The position numbers and the translations under genes were made by a program. From Methylococcaceae bacterium UBA1147 (GTDB lineage Bacteria; Pseudomonadota; Gammaproteobacteria; Methylococcales; UBA1147), in contig DBZZ01000076.1 of assembly GCA_002311315.1 (NCBI GenBank), forward strand, positions 45,401 through 109,400: a stretch of DNA of 64,000 nucleotides, in the 5' to 3' direction. Below the pieces are notes generated by a model. The model did no database searches and was not told the origin of the DNA. It worked only from the letters and a program-made list of their open reading frames with translations. This document shows positions 1-10,192 of this stretch, piece by piece. The number at the start of each line of letters is the position of its first letter. Positions within the stretch are counted from its first letter, which is position 1.

Positions 1-530
1 GAGAAACACTGGAAATCCGTTACAAGGGCAAGGATATCCATGAAGTACTGCAAATGACGGTGGAGGAGGCCCACGAGTTTTTCAGCGCAATTCCGGTGCT
101 AGCCCGGAAACTTCAGACACTGATAGACGTAGGCCTTGGCTACATTTCTCTCGGTCAAAACGCGGTAACCCTTTCCGGGGGTGAAGCACAACGGGTAAAA
201 CTCGGTCGCGAACTGTCCCGGCGTGACACTGGAGATACGCTTTACATTCTTGATGAACCGACCACCGGTTTGCATTTCCACGATATCCAGCAATTACTTC
301 ATGTGTTACACCGATTCCGGAACCACGGCAACACGGTTCTGGTGATTGAGCATAACCTGGATGTCATCAAGACAGCCGACTGGATCATTGACCTCGGACC
401 GGAAGGTGGCGAAAGGGGGGGGCAGATCGTTGCTCAGGGCCCTCCCGAAGCCATTGTCGACAATCCGGCTTCACACACCGGACGTTTCCTGAAACCATTG
501 ATCAGCCATACCCTGGCGGTTGGAGAATAA
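1..530 (+). CDS. uvrA: Excinuclease ABC subunit A (UvrA), C-terminal fragment; the 5' end lies outside the window
   Basis: The frame is open from base 3 ([23 protein letters not shown]...) to TAA at 528-530. The second ABC module is visible: signature [11 protein letters not shown], Walker [14 protein letters not shown]-loop VIEHNLDV. Confidence 0.9.
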   Translation, partial: ETLEIRYKGKDIHEVLQMTVEEAHEFFSAIPVLARKLQTLIDVGLGYISLGQNAVTLSGGEAQRVKLGRELSRRDTGDTLYILDEPTTGLHFHDIQQLLHVLHRFRNHGNTVLVIEHNLDVIKTADWIIDLGPEGGERGGQIVAQGPPEAIVDNPASHTGRFLKPLISHTLAVGE

Positions 531-766
531 CCCTTCCTGCTGTACAGCCCGGGCTGGGCCGGCAAGCCGAACCGGAGCAACAGACTGCACAATTTAACAA
601 CCGTCACGCTCGGCCTGGCCGTTACCTTCAATCCCATACGTCCGGTCAAAGCCGCTCCGGTCATTACAAAACATTTGGCAAGGAGAAGATCCACGGGCGA
701 TGAACCGTACCGCCGTTAACCTGCTCCAATGAGTGTTCGCATTCTTAACGAACTGAGATCAGAACC

Positions 767-2889
767 TTGAATGATTCAAGTTCACAGGATGACCTGTACA
801 ACAGCCTGAAAATCGGTTTATCCGAAACCGAATTCGCACCGGTCATGCAGGCACTGGAAATTCCCTGCCGGCGGGAATTCGTTAACATGCCTCATCCGCA
901 AGGCGTTGCCGTGGCATTAATCCTCAAGGTGCTGCGCGTGGATGCCACCACACTGACAGCTGCCATTCTCAGTGACCCCCTCAGGGACAATCTCGATCAG
1001 CAACAAATCGAAGAAGGGTTCGGGCCAGAGGTATGGAATCTAGTCCGGAATGTCCGGTGGCTCAACGCGTTCAACGTCTATTCCCCGGAACTCATAGCCG
1101 ATCCGAATCAGGCCGAAATCCTGCGCCGGATGTTGCTGGCAATGGTCGACGATGTACGGGCTGTCATCATCAAGCTCGGGTACCGGATAGACCGTCTCAG
1201 GAATCTCGCTAGAGCGGAATACGAAATCCGTCGGTACATCGCCAGGGAAACCCTGGATATATACTCAAGACTCGCTAACCGGCTGGGAATCGGTCAGTTC
1301 AAATGGGAAATGGAAGACCTATCGTTTCGTTACCTGCATCCCCAGGTTTACAAGAAAATCGCAACTTCACTCACGGAAAACCGCGCCTGCATGGAAAGAC
1401 ACCTGCAGAACTTCGTAGAAATCGTGAAACAGCGCCTGTACGAAGAGAACGTCAAAGCGGAAATCTTCGGACGCCCGAAGCACATCTACAGTATCTGGAA
1501 AAAGATGCAACGCAAACAGGTCGACTTCAAAGACATCTACGATCTACAGGCTATTCGCATCATCGTAGACAAGATCGCGACCTGCTACAGTACCCTTGGT
1601 GTTGTCCATGGCATCTGGCAGTACCTACCACAGGAATTCGACGATTACATCACGAATCCCAAGACCAACGGCTACCAGTCGCTTCACACGGTCGTGTTTG
1701 GACCTGAAAACGTGATGATCAAAGTCCAGATCCGGACCCAGGAGATGGACCAGTTCGCCGAATTTGGTATCGCAGCACACTGGCGCTACAAGGAAGGTGG
1801 AAAATACAATCAGTCCGTGGAAAGGAGCCTCGCGAACCTGAGACGACTCCTGGACGACAAGGACGACGATCGACTCCTTGACGATTTCAGAACCGACCTG
1901 TATACCGACAGGATCTTTGTCCTGACCCCGAATGGCGAAATCAAGGAACTCCGCAGGGGAGCCACTCCTCTCGATTTTGCCTACTCGATCCATACCGAGA
2001 TTGGTCATCGCTGTCGCGGAGCCAAGGTTAATCAACGGATTGTCCCGCTGACCTATTCCCTGCAATCCGGCGAGCAAGTAGAAATACTCACGGCACGAAA
2101 TGGAACACCCAGTCGAAACTGGCTCGAATCCCACCTGGGCTACCTTCGAACACCAAACGCCCGAAGCAAAGGCAGGCACTGGTTCCGCAAGCAGGACCAC
2201 GACCGCAACCTGCGGGACGGAAAGGTCATCCTGGGAAAGCAGCTCCAGCTCAGTAAGATCACTCGGGTCAACGAAACCAGCCTTGCCAGACATTTCCGTC
2301 TGCCGCGATTCGAAGATCTGCTGATTGGCCTGGGACGCGCCGACATCGGTCCCGAGCAATTGAAAAACGCTCTCGGCGTTCAGAAAAAAACGGACGATGT
2401 CCTGGAAACCGTTGCGGGCAGACGAGGCTCCCTGCCCGCGGCCAGTGGTGACATCACGGTTCAGGGTGTGAATAACCTGCTTACGGCTTTCGCCCAGTGT
2501 TGAAAACCGGTCCCGGGCGATCGCATTACCGGTTTCATCAGTATCCGTAAAGGCCTAGTGATTCACCGACAGGACTGCAGGAATAGGTTGCCCTGGACCC
2601 GGAAAAACAGGACAGACAGATCCAGGTTGACTGGGGTGAGACACCTCAACCGCGATCAGTCGACCTTTCGATTTGCGCGATTGACCGGAGCGGATTGCTC
2701 AGGGACATCACACGGATTCTGGCCGACGATCACATCAATATCCAGCAGATGGGAACGCGCAAGAATCTTCGCGACAACACCATAATAGTCACCCTCACAG
2801 CAGAAATCTGCAATATCGATCAATTGAGTCAAACCATCGGCAGGATCAGGCAATTACCCAACATACTGGAGACATTTCGGGACGGCTGA
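767..2889 (+). pseudogene. relA: GTP pyrophosphokinase RelA ((p)ppGpp synthetase I), interrupted by an in-frame TGA (2501-2503) and a frameshift near 2585-2587
   Basis: TTG start at 767. RelA/SpoT synthetase motifs are RPKHIYSIWKKMQRK, GYQSLHTVV and AAHWRYKEG; the TGS region is TPLDFAYSIHTEIGHRC. The frame stops at ...LLTAFAQC-TGA, where RelA proteins have CC-x-P-x-PGD. The same frame continues KPVPGDRITGFISIRKGLVIHRQDCRN. The ACT-like end (VALDPEKQDRQIQVDWGE...DRSGLLRDITRILADDHINI...ETFRDG-stop) is in a different frame, open from 2587 to 2889. Confidence 0.85.
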
Positions 2890-2950
2890 CCCGCCCTTGA
2901 TGTTTCAGCGCGCCGTCGCTGAGGATTTCAAAGGATTCTTCTCTGCTGCG

Positions 2951-4051
2951 CTAGCGTCGGTCAAGCGATTCCGGCGAAGGGATGGAGGCAAACTGGGCAT
3001 CGTCGGGCTCCACATTCGGACTTCCTTCGGCGATCTTTTTCCGGTCCCATTCCCGAACCACAACCTCGATTTCTTCTTCCAGGCTGTTCCGCTGTTTCTC
3101 GAGCACCAGAAGCTCGATTTCTCGACGCAACATCTCGTCGGATTCCTTGGTCACTCGCAAACGCATCTGGCGTTCCCGTCGTTTTGCATCCAGCTCCATC
3201 TTTCTAAGCAACTGTTCATGTTCGATGCGTTCGTTATGGCGATGTTCCTCGCTTGCCTGTCGAATCGCCTGACGTTTTTCCTGCTCTTTGAGTTCTGCAA
3301 GCACATTCTCTGTCACTTCGCGTTCCTTTGCCTTGCGCACCGATTCGTTCCGTCTCACCTGGTCAAGAATGGCTTTCTGGTGATCCAGGGCCGCACGTTC
3401 GGTGTTCTCAGCATGTCGGAACCTCTCCTGGTCCTGTTTGCTTTCGAATTCGTGATTACGCCGCAACAGTTGAAGGTATGCAGTCTGTTGGTCGAAATGA
3501 CCGCTCATGGACTGTATGCGTTCTTCGGAAAGCTCCTCGAACAATGGCTCCAGCCTGCATTGTGCCCGACACTGGATGTTTTGCGCCGCAAGGGTCTCGT
3601 TGACAACGGTTTCAATTGACCGCTCGATGTTTTCCAGACCCAGGTCAACCCAGTCACCCTGTTCAGCCTGGAGCAACTCACGCTCAATTACATCCCTGAG
3701 AAGGGACTCTAGCGTTGACTTGATATGCCCCGAAAGATCTGGAAGAGCCTCCAGGTTCTGTTCAACATAACGCAGGGTAGCCTGAAACCGTATTTCGAGA
3801 CTCGAGACCATCCGGCAAAGCCCGGACAGAAACCTCACCTCGGTTTCAATCCGCCACTCGCTAACCGGCAGATTTAAGATTTTGTGGAAAAATCTTTTGT
3901 TGTATTTCTTGGGTTTTCTGAAAACTCTGATAAAGGGGCCAAATCGGGAAACAACGATCCAGCGTTCGCCCTCGAATCCGGGATCCCATTCAAAACTTTC
4001 TTCCACCTCTACAATCGGCAGGGAAACGACTCGATTATCGTTTTCGTTCAT
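2951..4051 (-). CDS. Hypothetical protein: N-terminal globular region of about 170 aa followed by a long, highly charged (E/R/K/Q) predicted coiled coil
   Basis: 366-aa ORF. Its ATG at 4051 overlaps the upstream gene's stop (4035-4037) by 17 nt. The C-terminal half is heptad-like charged sequence (EREVTENVLAELKEQEKRQAIRQASEEHRHNERIEHEQLLRKMELDAKRRERQMRLR...). I recognise no catalytic motif. Confidence 0.7.
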   Translation of the reverse strand: MNENDNRVVSLPIVEVEESFEWDPGFEGERWIVVSRFGPFIRVFRKPKKYNKRFFHKILNLPVSEWRIETEVRFLSGLCRMVSSLEIRFQATLRYVEQNLEALPDLSGHIKSTLESLLRDVIERELLQAEQGDWVDLGLENIERSIETVVNETLAAQNIQCRAQCRLEPLFEELSEERIQSMSGHFDQQTAYLQLLRRNHEFESKQDQERFRHAENTERAALDHQKAILDQVRRNESVRKAKEREVTENVLAELKEQEKRQAIRQASEEHRHNERIEHEQLLRKMELDAKRRERQMRLRVTKESDEMLRREIELLVLEKQRNSLEEEIEVVVREWDRKKIAEGSPNVEPDDAQFASIPSPESLDRR

Positions 4052-5363
4052 TGTACAAACGCTTAACCGTATCCCTCAGGCTCCGTAGCTGCTCTTCGCC
4101 AGCTTGTATCTTACCAACCGCAGCGGTCGTAGGTTGATCTTGAGTCTGCAAGCGGGACTGTACCGGCAACGGTTTGTTGTTCTGCAGCCGAGAGGCAATC
4201 ACGGGATAAAGGTTGGGAGCGAATTCCACCGTACGCTCATCCACCTTTCGCAAATAACCACGGCTCAGAAGATAGGCCGCACCAAATGAACGGTTCCAGT
4301 CAGAATACTTGCGTGCCCGCTCCAGTTCGGTTTTTTCGATGACCAGTTCCAGTTCATCGTTATGATTGACTCGAAGATCATTGAACTCCCTGAGACACAG
4401 GTAGGCAAGTTCCTGTTCTTCTTCACTAAGCGGACCGGGGGCAGTGAATTCAAGCCGATATGACAACAAGATGGTAAACAGATCAACTATTACCGCACAG
4501 GCAAAGGCGAACCAGGAAAAAGCCATCCACATCGCAAAGGACGGCTTGAAGTCCTGGGTGAACTGGGCATAAGGTAGCAGCAGGGGCGCAGTAGGAAAGG
4601 TCTGTCCCGAGCCACTCATCATGTTCTCGAACGCGCTCTGAACACCGCTGTAGCCAACCACCATAGCCTGATACTCTTCCCAGGGAACCTGGGATTTCTC
4701 TCCCAACCGGTTGATCTGACTTCTGAAATCTGCAACCTTGCGTGCCAGTAACTTGAATTTCTCGTTGATTAGATCAATTTTGGCCAGCTCATCTTGATGA
4801 AGTCGGTGATATTGCCTCCAGAATCGTCCACGTCCAACCCGGCCACGGTAAGCCGAATTCATGTCTGGATGAGTTCCGAGAAATGCAAGGTTCGCCTCGT
4901 GAGCCGCCTTGCTAGCAACCCCCTGTTGTTCATTGATCAAACCGGCCGTGGCACCCAGAACCGTACCCAGGTATTCGTTGATCGACTGTTTCACCCCCAA
5001 CAGCCGCCGCAATTCGATCGTTTCTTTCTCGGAAATTTCGTAGAACTTGAAGTAGGAAAACGACACCGAAACCGATACCGCGATGAGTAGGGAAAGTGTC
5101 ACCAGCATGTAGCGAGACGGGTTCGCCCGCCAGTGCATGCTGGCGATCTCCAGTGAACAGATAACGATGATGGACTGAACCGCAACCGTAATGATCAGGG
5201 CGATCCAGGGAGTGATAAAAAAGGACATGCCATAGAACGTGGTATACCCTGATGCCACTCCCAGCATCAGAACAATCGGAATCGACAGGATGCGCAGCAG
5301 AGCAACGAAAGTGGCTTGAACCCGGTTAATAATCTGTGCAGGTGCCCACGTGGACGAACTCAT
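4035..5363 (-). CDS. Hypothetical polytopic membrane protein: 3 N-terminal TM helices, a helical soluble insert of about 170 aa, a 4th TM helix, then a C-terminal soluble domain of about 135 aa
   Basis: 442-aa ORF. Hydrophobic segments are FVALLRILSIPIVLMLGVASG, FFITPWIALIITVAVQSIIVICSL, YMLVTLSLLIAVSVSVSFSYF and FAMWMAFSWFAFACAVIVDLFTILLSY. I saw no P-loop or other enzymatic motif. Confidence 0.75.
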   Translation of the reverse strand: MSSSTWAPAQIINRVQATFVALLRILSIPIVLMLGVASGYTTFYGMSFFITPWIALIITVAVQSIIVICSLEIASMHWRANPSRYMLVTLSLLIAVSVSVSFSYFKFYEISEKETIELRRLLGVKQSINEYLGTVLGATAGLINEQQGVASKAAHEANLAFLGTHPDMNSAYRGRVGRGRFWRQYHRLHQDELAKIDLINEKFKLLARKVADFRSQINRLGEKSQVPWEEYQAMVVGYSGVQSAFENMMSGSGQTFPTAPLLLPYAQFTQDFKPSFAMWMAFSWFAFACAVIVDLFTILLSYRLEFTAPGPLSEEEQELAYLCLREFNDLRVNHNDELELVIEKTELERARKYSDWNRSFGAAYLLSRGYLRKVDERTVEFAPNLYPVIASRLQNNKPLPVQSRLQTQDQPTTAAVGKIQAGEEQLRSLRDTVKRLYNERKR

Positions 5364-5610
5364 CTCTAGGTACTCACCAGTTTACGACCCAACCCAGGTC
5401 TTTGTAACCGCTATTTTTGTACAATCGTAGATTTTGAGTTTTGCACCATTTAGCCAAGCAGTGCTGGCATGTGAACCGTGCCGATTCGAAGTCTATTGCA
5501 TGAATGATGAAATTGCAACGCCCACCCGAGGCACCTTTTTTTGAAGCGGGGCCTGGCAAACTGCATCAGCAACCGAACCCAAAACGACGCGCTGACACAC
5601 TCAACCGACA

Positions 5611-6312
5611 CTAGAAGTTTCGCTGACCGGGTTCGAGCACTTCGAGACTGTATTCTCCGATCGTCTGACGGTTGGAATCTCTGATCGCAACACTCCAGGT
5701 ACCCAAGGCACCGGAATCAAGCTGCCTACTTGAAAACACTCCTCGCCGATTGGGACGAAGCCGAAAATTTCGCACAAACACAACCTGACCATTAAGGCTC
5801 CACTGGTGCGAAACCAGTTCACCGTCCACGCCGCGGAACTCTGAAAAGAAATGAACCGCAACCGTATGCCCCGGCTGCAAAATTGCTGGTGAGTTCACGA
5901 CTCCGGTTGGTTCCCTGCCGTGGATTCCCCAGGCAAATCCGGCTCGGACAACCTCGGCATGTTTTGTTTCGGCAATGTCCCCGGATGGAATCCTATCTTC
6001 GACAGGTACCGTGTCGATGGTTTCCGCAGCATTGGGGAAGCTTGACTGCGAAGTTTCAGGGAACTTCTGGACTGAACCATCTGCTCCAGTTTCTCCTGTA
6101 CCGTCTTGGAAGGCAACGAAAGCAATGAATGCCAAAACGGCCACCGCCATCCCAATCCGCTTATAATTCCAGTCATACTCGGGCGGCAAATCTGCAACCT
6201 CTGGTTTAACGGCGAGGTCTGCCGAGGTTCCGTACTTCAACTTAATGACTATTTTCTTTTCCATCGTAGCAGACGCAAATTCCGGTTGCTGACGGCCATC
6301 TGATTCAGGCAC
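5611..6312 (-). CDS. Single-pass membrane protein with a C-terminal DUF2914-like beta-rich domain
   Basis: 233-aa ORF with one TM helix (IGMAVAVLAFIAFVAFQ). The C-terminal pattern VSHQWSLNGQVVFVRNFRLRPNRRGVFSSRQLDSGALGTWSVAIRDSNRQTIGEYSLEV resembles my memory of the DUF2914 family. An alternative start is M17 (6264). Confidence 0.55.
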   Translation of the reverse strand: MPESDGRQQPEFASATMEKKIVIKLKYGTSADLAVKPEVADLPPEYDWNYKRIGMAVAVLAFIAFVAFQDGTGETGADGSVQKFPETSQSSFPNAAETIDTVPVEDRIPSGDIAETKHAEVVRAGFAWGIHGREPTGVVNSPAILQPGHTVAVHFFSEFRGVDGELVSHQWSLNGQVVFVRNFRLRPNRRGVFSSRQLDSGALGTWSVAIRDSNRQTIGEYSLEVLEPGQRNF

Positions 6313-6595
6313 CTATTCTACCCGCGCACTGAAGATTTTCCCATCCGACAAGAGCGGGGGAAGGGAAAAGACCGAAACCATGTTGGATTAGCAATTGCCG
6401 GAGCCACAATCAATGGATAGACTTAGAACATTAGGATCGACAATCCGTATAACCGACTGCAGACCCCCGGGATGCGGCAATCAGGCAACACAAATTGACC
6501 GGCAAGTTTGACCGGAACATGAAGCACCGGTTCAAGGAATAAACCGTGAAGCCAGATCAGGCTGGCCGCCCCCTATTCAAAAATGGTGACAATCC

Positions 6596-7807
6596 ATGAA
6601 AACACCCGTACTGGTTCCGAACCTGCCTGAATCGGTGGCCGATGCAACTCTGGTTGCATGGCACAAAAAAGCCGGAGAAATGGTCGAAAAAGGTGAAAAC
6701 CTGGTCGATCTTGAAACCGACAAGGTGGTTCTGGAAGTCCCGGCACCGGAAAGTGGGATCCTTTCCGAGGTGATGCAGGCCAACGAATCCACAGTAACCA
6801 GCGGAACCACCCTGGCGCTAATCGAAACTGCGCAGGCCGGGGCAACACCGGCGACAAGCGGTTCTCGTAAGCAGGAAGCCAAGTCCGCGCCCCAGCCAAG
6901 TCCGACCGTACGAAGACTGCTCCTGGAAACCGGTTTCAATGCCGATGGGATTCCAGCATCAGGCAAGAACGGCCGGTTGACCAAGAATGACGTCCTGACA
7001 TACATGAAATCGCAGTCAAAAGCACAACGGAAGACCGAGGAACAAACCACGGTGTCCGTTGAGTCCTCTGGTCCTCCGGTCGTCGATGCCGGCATGGTCC
7101 CTGGAGACAGGGCAGAGCAACGGGTACCAATGACTCGGCTGAGGGCCCGCGTCGCGGAACGCCTCATACAGGCTCAGCGGGCAACCGCGATGTTGACCAC
7201 CTTCAATGAAGTTGACCTCAGAGTAACCATCGACCTTCGCAACCGGCACAAGGAGGGGTTCCTGAAAAAGCACGGGGTAAAGCTGGGCTTCATGTCATTC
7301 TTTGTAAAAGCCACCACCATGGCACTTCAGCAGTTTCCAATCGTCAATGCCTCGGTGGACGACAATGACATTATCTATCACGGGTACTACGACATCGGGA
7401 TTGCTGTGGCTTCCGACCGGGGACTAGTCGTACCCATCCTTCGCAATACCGATCAGATGAATCTCCCATCAATCGAAAAACAGATCCGCGATTTTGGAGC
7501 GCAGGCAAAGGACGGCCGTTTGAGCTTCGAGGACCTTACTGGGGGTACCTTTACCATCACCAATGGCGGCGTTTTTGGTTCGATGCTCTCAACCCCCATC
7601 ATCAACCCGCCACAAAGTGCAATACTGGGAATGCACGCCATAAAGGATCGGGCGATTGTCGAGCAGGGAGAGGTCCTGATCAGACCGATGATGTACCTGG
7701 CTCTGTCCTATGACCACAGGATCATTGATGGACGCGAGGCCGTGCTTTTCCTAACCAGCATAAAGCAGGGGCTTGAAGACCCTGACCGTCTGTTGCTCAA
7801 CATATGA
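6596..7807 (+). CDS. sucB: Dihydrolipoyllysine-residue succinyltransferase (E2 of 2-oxoglutarate dehydrogenase)
   Basis: The N-terminal lipoyl domain has [16 protein letters not shown]. There is an Ala/Pro-rich linker. The catalytic C-terminus [39 protein letters not shown] is nearly identical in pattern to E. coli SucB. Confidence 0.9.
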   Translation: MKTPVLVPNLPESVADATLVAWHKKAGEMVEKGENLVDLETDKVVLEVPAPESGILSEVMQANESTVTSGTTLALIETAQAGATPATSGSRKQEAKSAPQPSPTVRRLLLETGFNADGIPASGKNGRLTKNDVLTYMKSQSKAQRKTEEQTTVSVESSGPPVVDAGMVPGDRAEQRVPMTRLRARVAERLIQAQRATAMLTTFNEVDLRVTIDLRNRHKEGFLKKHGVKLGFMSFFVKATTMALQQFPIVNASVDDNDIIYHGYYDIGIAVASDRGLVVPILRNTDQMNLPSIEKQIRDFGAQAKDGRLSFEDLTGGTFTITNGGVFGSMLSTPIINPPQSAILGMHAIKDRAIVEQGEVLIRPMMYLALSYDHRIIDGREAVLFLTSIKQGLEDPDRLLLNI

Positions 7808-7945
7808 AGCAGTCGACCGCAAAGTCTGTTTCAAGCCGTTTCGACTTGTGTCCCGGATCATTTCACTGACCGAACCGACTGAAGAAAACCCGGGAGCTGA
7901 AATAGTATCCGGCCGTCACCCAGGAACCGAACAATCCCTGACCCA

Positions 7946-10192
7946 TCACTTTTGATCCAGGGGGATGGCTTCAAGCGCATCCACACGACGGAAACCCCGC
8001 GGAAGAACATTTCCGCGCCGCCCTCTGTTGCCCCGGTAATTTTCGATATCAACGGCCTTGAGCGTCACAAACCGCTTGCCGGACCGGATCTTCAATATCG
8101 CCGCCGGTGGCAGGAATGCGGCGGCGACGACCTTGTCGTCTCCGCAGCCAAAATCGGAAGCCCGGATCTGGATCAGCTTGTTACCCCTCCCCCGCTTCAA
8201 GATTGGGACCTCGAGCACCGAAAAGATCAACAGCCTACCCTGCAGCGAAGCCAGCGCAATGCTACCAGCTTCGGCCGTGTAGATCCTTGTCGGTCTCAGT
8301 GCAGTTGCGTTTTCATTCAGAGTCAGGACGTGGCGGCCAGCACGGGTCTTGGTATACAAATCCACCACCGCCGCGCGAAATCCATAGCCAGCATCTGAAA
8401 GAAATAACCAGGCCTCGTCTTCGTTAGGGCCCAGAACCGATGTGAACCGGCTGCCCGATGGAGGGCTGAGCTTGCCGGTCAAGGGTTCTCCCTGGCTCCT
8501 GGCTGAAGGAAACCCGTGTACCGGCAGGGTATAAATTCGCCCTACGCTGTCGAAAAAATAAACAGACTGGTTGCTGCGACCGCGCACGGAATCGAGGCAA
8601 GCGTCCCCGGACTTGTAGGACAGTGATGCCGCATCCACATCGTGACCCTTAGCGGCCCTGACCCAGCCCTTTTCAGACAGCACGATCGTCACCGGCTCAT
8701 TCGAAACCAGCGCTTCCACCCCCATCGCTTGTGCCGACTTACGGCTGACAATCGGCGATTTGCGCACGTCACCAAACTTTTCGGCATCTTCCGCCAACTC
8801 TTTCTGAACCAGTTTCTTCAGCGCCGAATCCGATGCCAGTGTTGTTCCGAGAAGAACCCGTTCTTCGGAAAGTTTGGACTGTTCCGCGCGGATCTTGCCT
8901 TCTTCGAGGCGAGCCAAGTGCCGAAGCTTAAGATCAAGCACCGCATCAGTCTGGAGTTCACTCAGTTCGAAGCGCCGCATCAGTACCGACTTCGGTTGAT
9001 CTTCGTAACGAATAATGCTGATAATCTGGTCGAGGTTGAGATAAGCGATCAACAAGCCATCCAGTATCTGCAACCGGGCAAGGAGCTTGTCGAAACGAAA
9101 CTGCAGTCGCTTCCGAACCGTATTGACCCGGAATAAAAGCCATTCGGTCAACAGACCCTTCAAACCGAGAACCCGGGGTTTGCCATCCACAATCATGTTG
9201 ATATTGACCCGGTAACTGCGTTCAAGGTCGGTGGTCGCAAAAAGATGCGACATGAGTTCATCCACGGGCACACGACGCGACCTCGGTAGAATCACCAGCC
9301 GGGTCGGGTTCTCATGATCTGATTCATCGCGCAGGTCATCGACCAGTGGCAGTTTTTTTGCCTGGATCTGTGCGGCAATCTGTTCCATGATTTTTTCTCC
9401 CGAAACCCGGTAGGGGAGCGCCGTGACCACGATATTGCCGTCTTCGGTTTCGAAACGTGCACGCATCCTGACCGAACCATTACCGGTCTCATACATGTGC
9501 CGAATATCATCGTGGGAAGTAATGATCTCGGCTTCGGTTGGATAATCCGGCCCCTTGATGTGCTGGCACAGTTCCTTGAGGGAAAGATCCGGTTGATCCA
9601 GCAGGTGGATGCAGGCCGTTACCACCTCGTTCAGGTTGTGCGGCGGAATATCCGTTGCCATGCCAACGGCAATACCGGTCGTACCGTTCAGCAGTACGTT
9701 CGGTAGCCTCGCCGGCAAAAGTGATGGTTCCTTCAGCGTTCCGTCGAAATTGTCGGTCCAATCTACGGTTCCCTGGCCCAACTCAGCCAACAGGACCTGG
9801 GCATAAACGGCGAGCTTGGCCTCCGTATATCGCATAGCTGCAAAAGACTTTGGGTCGTCAGAAGACCCCCAGTTGCCCTGCCCGTCAATCAGGGGATAAC
9901 GATAGGAAAAGGGTTGCGCCATCAGAACCATCGCTTCGTAGCAGGCAGAATCACCATGAGGATGGAACTTGCCCAGAACGTCTCCGACGGTTCGGGCCGA
10001 TTTCTTGTGCTTGGACACAGCCGTCAAACCAAGCTCTGACATGGCGTAGACAATGCGGCGCTGGACCGGTTTCAGTCCATCCGCAATATGCGGCAGGGCT
10101 CGGTCCAGAATCACATACATGGAATAATCCAGGTAGGCCTTTTCGGTAAAATCTTTTAACGGAATCCGTTCGTGGTTTTCGATCAGTACCAT
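7946..10192 (-). CDS. parC: DNA topoisomerase IV subunit A
   Basis: 748 aa. N-terminus [42 protein letters not shown], active-site region [10 protein letters not shown], and a ParC-type C-terminal beta-pinwheel region. Confidence 0.93.
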   Translation of the reverse strand: MVLIENHERIPLKDFTEKAYLDYSMYVILDRALPHIADGLKPVQRRIVYAMSELGLTAVSKHKKSARTVGDVLGKFHPHGDSACYEAMVLMAQPFSYRYPLIDGQGNWGSSDDPKSFAAMRYTEAKLAVYAQVLLAELGQGTVDWTDNFDGTLKEPSLLPARLPNVLLNGTTGIAVGMATDIPPHNLNEVVTACIHLLDQPDLSLKELCQHIKGPDYPTEAEIITSHDDIRHMYETGNGSVRMRARFETEDGNIVVTALPYRVSGEKIMEQIAAQIQAKKLPLVDDLRDESDHENPTRLVILPRSRRVPVDELMSHLFATTDLERSYRVNINMIVDGKPRVLGLKGLLTEWLLFRVNTVRKRLQFRFDKLLARLQILDGLLIAYLNLDQIISIIRYEDQPKSVLMRRFELSELQTDAVLDLKLRHLARLEEGKIRAEQSKLSEERVLLGTTLASDSALKKLVQKELAEDAEKFGDVRKSPIVSRKSAQAMGVEALVSNEPVTIVLSEKGWVRAAKGHDVDAASLSYKSGDACLDSVRGRSNQSVYFFDSVGRIYTLPVHGFPSARSQGEPLTGKLSPPSGSRFTSVLGPNEDEAWLFLSDAGYGFRAAVVDLYTKTRAGRHVLTLNENATALRPTRIYTAEAGSIALASLQGRLLIFSVLEVPILKRGRGNKLIQIRASDFGCGDDKVVAAAFLPPAAILKIRSGKRFVTLKAVDIENYRGNRGRRGNVLPRGFRRVDALEAIPLDQK

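Noticed and set aside
1625-2359. A 244-aa minus-strand ORF lies inside relA. Similar long antisense ORFs lie inside sucB (6577-7167), hpnH (16847-17638), lysA (31250-31861), the L,D-transpeptidase gene (38893-39672), gltB/gltD (51208-51894, 53827-54558, 56211-56918) and ggt (62643-63653).
   Set aside because: Each lies fully within a confidently identified gene on the other strand and has no recognisable motif. Each shows the composition typical of shadow frames.
2501-2535. The in-frame TGA in relA might encode selenocysteine. It replaces a Cys codon and is followed immediately by an 8-bp perfect hairpin stem (2504-2511 / 2528-2535) that could be read as SECIS-like.
   Set aside because: A second, independent frameshift follows 85 nt downstream, so read-through alone would not restore the protein. 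The hairpin arms encode conserved residues (KPV / TGF), so the pairing may be coincidental. The 16-nt loop does not resemble the bacterial SECIS apical loop. No Sec machinery is visible in the window. A pseudogene or sequencing error is the simpler explanation.
2897-3770. Long plus-strand ORFs (240, 96, 91 and 87 aa) lie opposite the coiled-coil gene.
   Set aside because: They are antisense to a region built from GAA/GAG/CGN/AAG codons, whose complement is naturally stop-poor. Their products are Phe/Leu/Ser-rich low-complexity strings with no start context. They are treated as shadow ORFs.
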